Source of the DNA: Leptolyngbyaceae cyanobacterium
GTDB lineage: Bacteria; Cyanobacteriota; Cyanobacteriia; Phormidesmidales; Phormidesmidaceae
Length of the DNA: 42,373 nucleotides
Assembly: GCA_050331235.1 (NCBI GenBank)
Contig: JBHJHA010000068.1
Coordinates: forward strand, 1 to 42,373
Reading direction: 5' to 3'
A program made the translations under genes and the position numbers. Below the pieces are notes generated by a model that was given only the letters and a program-made list of their open reading frames with translations, did no database searches and was not told the origin of the DNA. Below are positions 30,825 to 39,030 of the stretch, in pieces; positions within the stretch are counted from its first letter, which is position 1; each line of letters opens with the position of its first letter.

Positions 30825-32066
30825 TTAGTAGGGAACTTGGTTCAAGAAATTTCCCGGGGGGCTATATTGACACACCAAATACCGGCCCGACTGCGATTCC
30901 GGAAAATTGGGAAAGAGTAGGCTGCCATTGCCTCCACGCAATGTGCCCGTCGCAAACCCGCAGCCGACTTCCGTTGTGTCACGCCAGACGATTTGGGTGT
31001 AGTGACCAATCACCCCCGTCGCTTGACTTCGAGCTTCGGCAAACGGGATACCCGGAATGTAGTTGTTGTTTTTTTCTCTGGCCCAGCGATCCACCATGAC
31101 CGCCAGCGGCGACGTATCGCCAATGTCGACGGCCAAATTCTCCCCGGTATTGGTCAATCGAGTCGCTCCTGCCTCACTGTGCTCAAACACCAGACCATTG
31201 GCCCAAGTTTGGGCACTAGTCGCCAACTGGGTCGACCAGGTTAAGGGGGCGACGCCAACCTCAGCGCGATATCGATTGTGGGCCTCCAACAGGGCCACGA
31301 CTTCCACTTGGCTCAAGGTACTGGTGGCCTCGGGCAGTGAGGCCTGGGCAGTGGGGGTGGAGGGCTCTTCAGGAGTTTCTGGTGGGCGCGTCGCACTGGT
31401 GCCAGCGGGCAAGTCTCCCGCGGCAAACTCACCACAATAGGCGGTGCGGGCCATCACCGCAGCGGTGTAACCCCGGGTAGCCCCCGTACTCGGCTGGAAG
31501 GCTTGACCAGCCTCATTGACTGGGCGAGCAATGCCACCACAAAGGCTAGCCATATAGCGAATCGAGTCCGCCGCCCAGTGCCCAGAAATATCCGAAAAGT
31601 TGAACGTTGGAGTGCCGACGTCAGCGCCCCCAAACAGCTGGCGGGTCATCGCCATGAGCTCGGCGCGAGTCACCGTTGCCGTCGGATCAAACAGCCCATT
31701 GCCCCGGCCAGCAATGATGTCAAAGTCTGCCAGATAAGCAATCTGCGACTCACTCCAGCGGCCAGCGGGCACATCTCTGAAACAGCTTTTGAGGTTGCCG
31801 TTTTCGGCATCGGTATACCCTAAGAAAGTCGCAATGATGGCGGCCGCTTGCTCGCGGGTCAGGGTGCTATTCGGGCGAAAGGTGCCATCGCCCGGACCGG
31901 CAATTAACCCCAAGTCGGCAGCCAATTCAATTTCCTCAGCGTAGACATGGTTGGACGTATCGGAAAAGGTCAGGTTCTGGGTCTGGGCATCAGCAAGAGA
32001 AAAGGCCCCCCAGACAGTACTCAGGGTGGCTGTCCCCACCAACCCAGCAATCACTTGTTTGAACAT
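30825..32066 (-). CDS. Secreted SLH-domain + CAP (SCP/PR-1) domain protein
   Basis: Signal peptide from ATG 32066. Three SLH repeats. CAP motifs LEAHNRYRAEVG, GENLA, GHYTQIVW, VGCG, LVCQYSPPGN. Confidence 0.88.
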   Translation of the reverse strand: MFKQVIAGLVGTATLSTVWGAFSLADAQTQNLTFSDTSNHVYAEEIELAADLGLIAGPGDGTFRPNSTLTREQAAAIIATFLGYTDAENGNLKSCFRDVPAGRWSESQIAYLADFDIIAGRGNGLFDPTATVTRAELMAMTRQLFGGADVGTPTFNFSDISGHWAADSIRYMASLCGGIARPVNEAGQAFQPSTGATRGYTAAVMARTAYCGEFAAGDLPAGTSATRPPETPEEPSTPTAQASLPEATSTLSQVEVVALLEAHNRYRAEVGVAPLTWSTQLATSAQTWANGLVFEHSEAGATRLTNTGENLAVDIGDTSPLAVMVDRWAREKNNNYIPGIPFAEARSQATGVIGHYTQIVWRDTTEVGCGFATGTLRGGNGSLLFPNFPESQSGRYLVCQYSPPGNFLNQVPY

Positions 32067-32262
32067 GTTAGGCCGTTTCAAAAGGGGCAGTTCCACACCA
32101 ACAACATCGCAAAATGCCCGCGTCATAAGCATTATCGACCGGCTCGTCACCGGCTCGTCAACCCGGCGACTGCTAAATCGGGGCAATTGGTCAATCCAGT
32201 CCCTATTTAGCAGTCTGATTTCTTAGAATAATAGACGCCCTAACCGACAGGATGTTTCTACT

Positions 32263-33732
32263 GTGACAGCGACCCTTAGCGCGCGTGTTGATTTGGCTGA
32301 TCTGATGAGGGCGGCGATCGCGACCTTCGATGTACCGGCCGACTGGGTCGGCATGCGGGCCACTCGTGAAGCGAGTGTCTATCGCTCGCAGCGGGATGGC
32401 AAGCCCGAATGCAATCAGCGATCGCTCCAGCAGGGCGTCATGGTTGAGGTGTTGGTTGACGGCCAAATGGGCTACGCCGCGACCAACCAACTGACCATTG
32501 ACGCCCTCCGGCAAGCAGCGCTCCAGGCCTATCAGCAAGCCCAAGCAGCGGTCCCCTGGCAGATTTATGCCTTTCCATCAGCGATCCGCCCCCAAGTCAT
32601 GGGGGTCTACCGTTCTACAGTTGAGAAGCCCCTCAAAACCCTGTCCGCCCAGCAAGCCCATGCGCTCCTCGCCCAGATCTGTCATACGTTAAAAGTCTCT
32701 GACAAAATCGTGCAGGCGAGCGCGGCGATTACGGCGAAAGAAGTCGACACCTGGCTGGTCAGCAGTTCCGGTACGGATGTCCATCAGCAGTTTTCCTTAT
32801 TTACTCCGACGTTTGGCGCCACCGCCCAAGACGGGGCGATCGTCCAGATGCGCAGTAATAACGGTCGCGGCCACAGCTACCAAGCCGGCTGGGAATTTTT
32901 TGACCTGGGCGACGCGCTGTGGGAGTCGGTGGCGCGCATCGGCGAGCAGGCAGTGGAGTTGTTGACGGCACCCCAATGTCCTGACATGACGACGACGCTG
33001 GTCTTAGCCCCAGACCAGATGATGCTACAGATCCACGAGAGTATTGGTCATCCCCTCGAACTTGATCGGATTTTGGGCGATGAGCGCAACTATGCCGGCG
33101 GTAGCTTTGTGAAACCGGCGGACTTTGGGCAATTACAGTACGGCTCTGAGCTGTTGAACGTCACGTTTGATCCGACGGTCGACCAGGAGTTTGCCAGCTA
33201 CGCGTTTGATGATACGGGGGCAGTGGCCGAGCGGCAGCATCTCATTCGCCATGGCATCTTGCAGCGGGGACTCGGCAGCCATGAAAGCCAAAACCGGTTA
33301 GGGGTGCCAGGGGTCGCCTGCGCCCGAGCCACGAGTTGGGATCGGCCACCCATCGATCGCATGGCCAATATCAATGTGGAGCCGGGCGATCGCTCGCTGG
33401 CTCAGATCATCGGCTCCATCGAAGACGGCATTTATATGGAAGCCAATCGCTCTTGGTCCATTGATGATCAGCGCTACAAGTTTCAGTTTGGGTGCGAATA
33501 TGCCCAGCGCATCCGCGATGGGAAACTGGCCGAAACCGTTCGCAATCCCAACTACCGGGCCACGACCCCACAGTTTTGGGGCAGTTTGTCTCAGGTGGGC
33601 GATCGCAGTACCTGGCAAATGTTTGGCACTCCCTTTTGCGGCAAAGGTGAGCCCAACCAAATTATTCGGGTTGGCCATGGAGCCCCGGTCTGTGCCTTTG
33701 AGCAAATCGAAGTCTTCGGCGGAGTCGGCTAA
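32263..33732 (+). CDS. tldD: TldD-type metalloprotease subunit (TldD/PmbA family)
   Basis: IHESIGHPLE (HExxxH), FDDTG, PPIDRMAN, FQFG, CGKGEPNQ. Confidence 0.88.
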   Translation: MTATLSARVDLADLMRAAIATFDVPADWVGMRATREASVYRSQRDGKPECNQRSLQQGVMVEVLVDGQMGYAATNQLTIDALRQAALQAYQQAQAAVPWQIYAFPSAIRPQVMGVYRSTVEKPLKTLSAQQAHALLAQICHTLKVSDKIVQASAAITAKEVDTWLVSSSGTDVHQQFSLFTPTFGATAQDGAIVQMRSNNGRGHSYQAGWEFFDLGDALWESVARIGEQAVELLTAPQCPDMTTTLVLAPDQMMLQIHESIGHPLELDRILGDERNYAGGSFVKPADFGQLQYGSELLNVTFDPTVDQEFASYAFDDTGAVAERQHLIRHGILQRGLGSHESQNRLGVPGVACARATSWDRPPIDRMANINVEPGDRSLAQIIGSIEDGIYMEANRSWSIDDQRYKFQFGCEYAQRIRDGKLAETVRNPNYRATTPQFWGSLSQVGDRSTWQMFGTPFCGKGEPNQIIRVGHGAPVCAFEQIEVFGGVG

Positions 33733-35063
33733 TGCACCAGTGGGAAACAACATTTAACCAATTGATTGATGCGCTACTGCCCCAGCTCCAGCCGGAGGAA
33801 GCGGTTAGAGTCAGCCTCATTGCGGAAGCCAGCCAATTCACTCGATTCAATCGGGCGCAAATCCGTCAGACCGGCAGCATTGCAAAAGGCACCCTCTCGA
33901 TTACGTTAATTGCCCTGGAGTGTTCGGCCACTGAGTCAGTCACCTTTACAGGCGATAAATCAGTCGACTGGCCACTGTTGTGGGCAGCCATATCAACGCT
34001 CCGGGAGGAACTAGCTGGGTTGCCGGCGGATCCCTATCTGATCCGGCCAGAAGGCACGGCCCAGAGCCGCGAGGTCTATGGCGGAGAACTGTTGCCCATC
34101 ACCGCAATCGCTCCGACCTTATTGCCAGCCATGGCCGGGCTAGATGCGGTGGGTCTGTATGCCGGCGGACGCTCCGTACGGGCCTATGCCGATTCGGCGG
34201 GGCAGCGCCACTGGTTTGAGACCGAGACCTTTACACTTGACTACTCTCTGTTTACGCCATCGGGGCAAGCGGTCAAAGGCATTTATGCTGGCAGGGATTG
34301 GGATATGGCAGCCTACACAGCGCAATTGGTCGCGTCTAAATCCCTTTTGGAACGGATGGCTCAGCCTCCCAAACAGTTAGCCCGGGGGCAATACCGCACC
34401 TACTTTGCACCGGCAGCCGTTGCAGACTTAGTCGGGATGCTGTCTTGGGGCGGGATTGGAGAAGCCGCGATTCGGCGGGGGGGGAGTGCGCTGGCAGCCT
34501 TGCAACGAGGTGAGCAAGCCCTCTCGGAGCAGCTCTCCCTAGCAGAAGACTTTTCCCAGGGGCAGGTGCCCCGATTTAATCAGTTCGGGGAGTTGGCGCC
34601 CACGACACTGCCGCTGATCGAGGCTGGGCAGTTGGTCAATACCTTAGTCAGTGCGCGGACGGCCAAGGAATACGGGATGGCCTCAACCTATGCCGAGGGG
34701 GGAGAGTATCTGCGATCGCCTGTCCTTGGCCCCGGCACCCTAGCTGAAGCGGACATTCTCACCGCTTTGGATACTGGCCTCTACGTGTCTAACCTGCACT
34801 ATCTCAACTGGAGCGATCGCCCCCAGGGGCGCATTACCGGCATGACCCGCTACGCCTGCTTTTGGGTCGAGCAGGGTCAGCTTATTGCCCCCATTGAAAA
34901 CCTACGGTTTGACGAAAGCCTTTACAACTTTTGGGGCAAGAATCTAGTGGCTTTCACTCAGGCTCCTCAGTTGATCCCAGAGGTCGGCAGTTACGACTAT
35001 CGCGACATTGGGGGGACTACGGTTCCTGGCATGTTGGTCGATAAGTTTGCCTATACATTGTGA
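33732..35063 (+). CDS. TldE/PmbA-type non-catalytic partner subunit
   Basis: Overlaps the tldD stop (TAATG). TRFN, LHYLN, TGMTRYACFWVEQG, PIENLRFDES. No HExxH. Confidence 0.85.
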   Translation: MHQWETTFNQLIDALLPQLQPEEAVRVSLIAEASQFTRFNRAQIRQTGSIAKGTLSITLIALECSATESVTFTGDKSVDWPLLWAAISTLREELAGLPADPYLIRPEGTAQSREVYGGELLPITAIAPTLLPAMAGLDAVGLYAGGRSVRAYADSAGQRHWFETETFTLDYSLFTPSGQAVKGIYAGRDWDMAAYTAQLVASKSLLERMAQPPKQLARGQYRTYFAPAAVADLVGMLSWGGIGEAAIRRGGSALAALQRGEQALSEQLSLAEDFSQGQVPRFNQFGELAPTTLPLIEAGQLVNTLVSARTAKEYGMASTYAEGGEYLRSPVLGPGTLAEADILTALDTGLYVSNLHYLNWSDRPQGRITGMTRYACFWVEQGQLIAPIENLRFDESLYNFWGKNLVAFTQAPQLIPEVGSYDYRDIGGTTVPGMLVDKFAYTL

Positions 35064-35193
35064 CGTTAGCTCGATCAGCGGAGCATGCCTGCTGCCAGGC
35101 ATGATTTTTCCAGCAAGGCTAAACTCACCGAATCATCCGCTCAAGGCAAAAGATCACCGCAGCGGGGTCAGAGATCGCAGTCTCAATGAATTC

Positions 35194-35245
35194 TTAAACC
35201 AAGTTTTATTGAAAAATTAACCTTCCTACGGTCTTTCCTTAAAGG
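35194..35245 (+). promoter_or_regulatory. Pho box (SphR/PhoB binding) upstream of the phn operon
   Basis: TTAAACCA (35194), TTTATTGA (35205), ATTAACCT (35216) and CTTAAAGG (35238) sit on an 11-bp register and resemble the cyanobacterial YTTAAYYW repeat. Confidence 0.7.
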
Positions 35246-35275
35246 GGATATTGAACAATATTGACAGCTTTTTTT

Positions 35276-35297
35276 ATGTCTATTTAGGTATAGACGT
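35276..35297. promoter_or_regulatory. Candidate GntR/HutC-family (PhnF-type) operator
   Basis: ATGTCTATTTAGGTATAGACGT contains a GTCTAT-N6-ATAGAC inverted repeat and a GT-N-TA-N-AC core (GTATAGAC, 35288-35295). Confidence 0.55.
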
Positions 35298-35377
35298 TTG
35301 TCACATCCTGAGTGTGTTCTCCGACAGAGTCAGGGATGACATGATAAGAGGCGATATTCAGCCATCTTGGAAGCACT

Positions 35378-36205
35378 ATGCGACCAGTCAATCAACGCCT
35401 TGACGAAATGTCCTCACGGCAGCCAGCGGTTTTTGTTGACCATTTGTCGAAATCTTTTAAGGGGCAATATGCCCTGAGAGAGGTGACCTTTGAAGTGGCA
35501 GCCGGCGAGCGCATTGCCCTAGTAGGGGCATCGGGATCGGGTAAATCAACACTGCTGCGCAATGTCAATGGTCTCCACATTGGCGACAAAGGCGTTGTGG
35601 AAATCTTTGGTAGCCCGCTGCAGGCTGATGGCGCGCTGCACTCAAAAGCCCGTCAACTCCGTAGCCGCATCGGCTTTATTTTCCAGCAGTTTAACTTGGT
35701 CAATCGGCTTTCGGTCATTGAAAACGTGATGGTTGGCAGTCTCTCCAAAGTTTCCTTAGGACGATCGCTCTGTCAGTATTTTTCCAAGACAGAAAAGCTG
35801 CAAGCGCTCGCGGCGCTAGAGCGCGTGGGCATTTTGGAGCAGGCCTACAAGCGGGCTTCATCCCTATCGGGGGGACAGCAGCAGCGGGTGGCGATCGCCC
35901 GCTGCTTAATGCAGGGTGCCCAGATCATCTTGGCAGATGAGCCGATTGCCTCCCTGGATCCCGAGTCGGCCCGCAAGGTCATGGAATTGCTGACCCACCT
36001 CAACGAAGATGAGAGCATTACCGTCATCACGTCTCTGCATCAAGTGCAAATGGTGCATCGATATTTTGACCGGGTCGTGGCTTTGAGAGATGGCACAGTC
36101 CGCTTTGATGGTCTGACCAAAGACCTCAACGACGACCAGCTCAATAATATCTACGGTTCTGCGTCCGAAGAGCTGGTCTTTAGAGGGCATGCTGAGGTGT
36201 TTTAA
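35378..36205 (+). CDS. phnC: Phosphonate ABC transporter ATP-binding protein
   Basis: GASGSGKSTLLR, IFQQFNLVNRLSVIENV, LSGGQQQRVAIAR, ILADEPIASLDPESA, SLHQV. Confidence 0.95.
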   Translation: MRPVNQRLDEMSSRQPAVFVDHLSKSFKGQYALREVTFEVAAGERIALVGASGSGKSTLLRNVNGLHIGDKGVVEIFGSPLQADGALHSKARQLRSRIGFIFQQFNLVNRLSVIENVMVGSLSKVSLGRSLCQYFSKTEKLQALAALERVGILEQAYKRASSLSGGQQQRVAIARCLMQGAQIILADEPIASLDPESARKVMELLTHLNEDESITVITSLHQVQMVHRYFDRVVALRDGTVRFDGLTKDLNDDQLNNIYGSASEELVFRGHAEVF

Positions 36206-36320
36206 TTCCCACCTTTAGCCACCCCAACTGCGAGTTTGCTCCTTACACACCTGCAATGCTGAAACTGGTTTCAGCTGTTTGTTTGCTCGACATATTTTGA
36301 TGTTTAGTTTGGAAACTGCC

Positions 36321-37394
36321 ATGAAATTCTCTTTACTCAACAACTGGTCAGCTCGACTGGCGTTTGCCCTCGCCAGCACGGCTCTGATTGCTAGCTGCAG
36401 CAGCTCTTCGACCCCGGAGGCCTCTGACGCTGAGACCTCTGAGGACACGGCTGAAGAAACCGCCTCGGCGGAAGGCGAAGCCTGCGCCCCTGAGATCGCT
36501 GAAATCGACTTTGGCATCATCTCAACCGAGTCACAAACCAACCTGCAAGAAATCTGGGAGCCGTTCCTCGAAACGATGGCAGAAGAGATGGGTCGCCCCG
36601 TCAATGGTTTTTATGCCACTGACTACGCTGGCGTCATCGAAGCGATGGGAGCCGGTAAGATTCAAATTGCTTGGTATGGCGGTAAGTCTTACATCGAAGC
36701 GGCGAAGCGATCAGGGGCTGAGGCCTTTGCTCAAACCGTTGCAAGTGACGGTTCTAAAGGCTACTACGCACACCTAATTACGAATAAAGAAAACCCCATC
36801 GTCGGTGAAATCGATGTTGAAGCGGGTAACGGTGACCAGTACGTGATTGATAACGCTGGCAACCTGACCTTTGCTTTCAACGACCCCAACTCTACCTCTG
36901 GCTTTTTGGTGCCGAGCTACTACGTGTTTGCACAAAACGGCGTTAATCCTGAAGAGTCCTTTAGTGAGCTAATTTTTGCCGGTAGCCACGAGGCAACGGC
37001 TCAAGCTGTAGCGAATAATCAAGTCGACGTCGCAACCAATAACAGCGAGTCCATGTCTCGCCTTCAAGAAACCGATGCAGAAGCCTTTGAGCAAGTCCAA
37101 ATCATCTGGACTTCGCCCTTGATTCCCAGTGACCCGATTGCCTATAAGGACGATATTCCCGAGTGTCTGAAAGCGGAACTCAAAGACTTCTTTTACAACA
37201 TTGAGGATGAGTCTGTATTGGGCCCCCTCGACTGGCAAGGCTTTGACGAAGCGGGCGATACCGATTGGAATACTATCCGTGAACTCGATGTCGCTAAGCG
37301 TATGGAGGAAGTCAAGAATGACGATGCGTTGAGTGAGTCTGATAAAGAAGCTCAGCTAGAAGAACTCAATAAAGAGTTGGAAGCATTAAAGTAG
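36321..37394 (+). CDS. phnD: Phosphonate ABC transporter substrate-binding lipoprotein
   Basis: Lipobox IASC. FGIISTES, ATDYAGVIEAM, DPNSTSGFLVP, GSHEA, DVATNNSE, WTSPLIPSDP. Confidence 0.95.
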   Translation: MKFSLLNNWSARLAFALASTALIASCSSSSTPEASDAETSEDTAEETASAEGEACAPEIAEIDFGIISTESQTNLQEIWEPFLETMAEEMGRPVNGFYATDYAGVIEAMGAGKIQIAWYGGKSYIEAAKRSGAEAFAQTVASDGSKGYYAHLITNKENPIVGEIDVEAGNGDQYVIDNAGNLTFAFNDPNSTSGFLVPSYYVFAQNGVNPEESFSELIFAGSHEATAQAVANNQVDVATNNSESMSRLQETDAEAFEQVQIIWTSPLIPSDPIAYKDDIPECLKAELKDFFYNIEDESVLGPLDWQGFDEAGDTDWNTIRELDVAKRMEEVKNDDALSESDKEAQLEELNKELEALK

Positions 37395-37405
37395 GCTACC
37401 TCTGA

Positions 37406-37507
37406 CCGACGTTGGGCATTCAGTCTATGAAACTTGCTCAGTGCCCAGCGTCGGCTAACGCCCTCTTTACAAGCAGTCAGGGAATGCGCTGAGCGTTCCT
37501 GGCTGCT
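37406..37507 (+). promoter_or_regulatory. Two tandem stem-loops between phnD and phnE (mRNA stabiliser or partial terminator)
   Basis: CCGACGTTGGGCATT/AGTGCCCAGCGTCGG (37406-37454) and AGCAGTCAGGGA/TCCTGGCTGCT (37472-37507). Confidence 0.65.
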
Positions 37508-37541
37508 AAGTGCTGTTTTGTCCTTAGCTGCTTAATTCACC

Positions 37542-38375
37542 ATGGCCAATAACTCGTCATTCAACACCACTGAAATGCATTACTCCCCCGCTGTGCGCGA
37601 GGTCCTGGCAAAGGAAAAGCCATTTTGGACAGTCTGGAGTATTGGAGGGCTATTACTTGCCATCGCGGTGTTAATCTACGCTGGCATATTAAGCGACTTG
37701 AGCTTTGTCGAGCTGATCGAAGGCATTGGTGCAATGGCAAACCTGGTGGGTAAGTTTTTCCCTCCCGACTTTACGCGCTGGGCCAGCTACTTCAGCGCGA
37801 CCATTGAGACGATCGCGATGGGCATCTGGGGAACTTTGTTGGCGGTGGTTGTGGCCATTCCGTTATCGATTCTCGCGGCAGAAAATGTGTGTCCCCCTTG
37901 GGTCGTGTTTCCCACTAGGCGTTTGCTCGATGCCATGCGCGCCATCAATGAGCTAGTGTTTGCCCTCATTTTCATTGTGGCGGTCGGCCTAGGTCCCTTT
38001 GCTGGCGTATTGGCCCTGTTTGTCCATACTGCTGGCACATTAGGCAAACTGTTTTCCGAGGCAATTGAGGCGATCGAGCCCGGTCCCGTGGAAGGTATTC
38101 GGGCGACCGGGGCCAGCAAACTACAGGAAGTGATTTTTGGGGTGATTCCCCAGGTGATTCCCCTGTGGACGTCGTTTACGCTTTACCGGTTTGAGTCCAA
38201 CGTGCGATCGGCTTCAGTCTTGGGCATCGTGGGCGCGGGCGGTATCGGTGTTGCACTGTACCAAAACTTCCGCGCCTTCAACTATCAAAACGTTTGTGCT
38301 GTACTCATTATCCTGGTAGTCACAGTCGGTGTAATTGACACCATTTCGGCACGCATTCGTAACCGTCTTGTCTAA
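37542..38375 (+). CDS. phnE: Phosphonate ABC transporter permease
   Basis: FFPPDF, ETIAMGIWGT, RAINELVFALIF, GKLFSEAIEAIEPGPVEGIRATGA, YRFESNVRSASVLGIVGAGGIG. Confidence 0.95.
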   Translation: MANNSSFNTTEMHYSPAVREVLAKEKPFWTVWSIGGLLLAIAVLIYAGILSDLSFVELIEGIGAMANLVGKFFPPDFTRWASYFSATIETIAMGIWGTLLAVVVAIPLSILAAENVCPPWVVFPTRRLLDAMRAINELVFALIFIVAVGLGPFAGVLALFVHTAGTLGKLFSEAIEAIEPGPVEGIRATGASKLQEVIFGVIPQVIPLWTSFTLYRFESNVRSASVLGIVGAGGIGVALYQNFRAFNYQNVCAVLIILVVTVGVIDTISARIRNRLV

Positions 38376-38399
38376 TGCAAATTGGAGAGTCAAGCACTT

Positions 38400-38765
38400 A
38401 TGGGATTTGAATGGATGCTCTATCTCCTACTGGGCTTAGGGGTTGGCACCCTCAGCGGTCTGATCGGCATTGGCGGCGGCGTACTAATCACACCCGCTCT
38501 AATTTATTTTTTTGGCTTTTCCCAACACTATGCCCAAGGGACGACCTTAGCGCTGCTAGTCCCCCCCATCGGGTTACTAGGCGCTTGGACCTATTTTCAA
38601 CAGGGCTATGTCGATGTGCGGGCCGCCGGGCTTATTTGTTTGGGTTTTGTGTTTGGGGGCTTGATTGGTGCCAAATTCGCGGTCGATTTGCCCGAGCAGT
38701 TTTTGCGGCAGGCGTTTGGGGTTGCGATGATTCTGCTGGGCGTCAGGATGGTAACGTCTTCTTGA
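38400..38765 (+). CDS. Half-size TauE/SafE (TSUP) family membrane protein
   Basis: GTLSGLIGIGGGVLITPAL, AQGTTLA, GGLIGAKFA. About 4 TM helices, i.e. a single TSUP repeat. Confidence 0.85.
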   Translation: MGFEWMLYLLLGLGVGTLSGLIGIGGGVLITPALIYFFGFSQHYAQGTTLALLVPPIGLLGAWTYFQQGYVDVRAAGLICLGFVFGGLIGAKFAVDLPEQFLRQAFGVAMILLGVRMVTSS

Positions 38766-39030
38766 GCTTGAGCCCACAATAGAACGATCGCTGCGGGTGT
38801 AAGTCATCCTCTGCATGGTAAGGGTTGACTGCATTTCGCATCGATATCCAAAGTTGGATAGGCGTCGGGTAACGCCGCTAAGCAGCAGATCTGTACGGGC
38901 TTGTCCGACCGCGCCGCCCCATTGAAGCCAGTGGACTGTTAGCCTGCCACCGGCCAGTGACTCGCAAGAGACAGATAACAGGCTCAAAGGTTTTACATCA
39001 TTGCCGACAACATTTGACATGGGAGGGGTT

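Noticed and set aside
32263..35063. tldD/tldE as part of a RiPP (microcin-like) cluster or of the phn operon
   Set aside because: There is no precursor peptide, YcaO or other modifying enzyme nearby, and a separate pho-box promoter lies between tldE and phnC.
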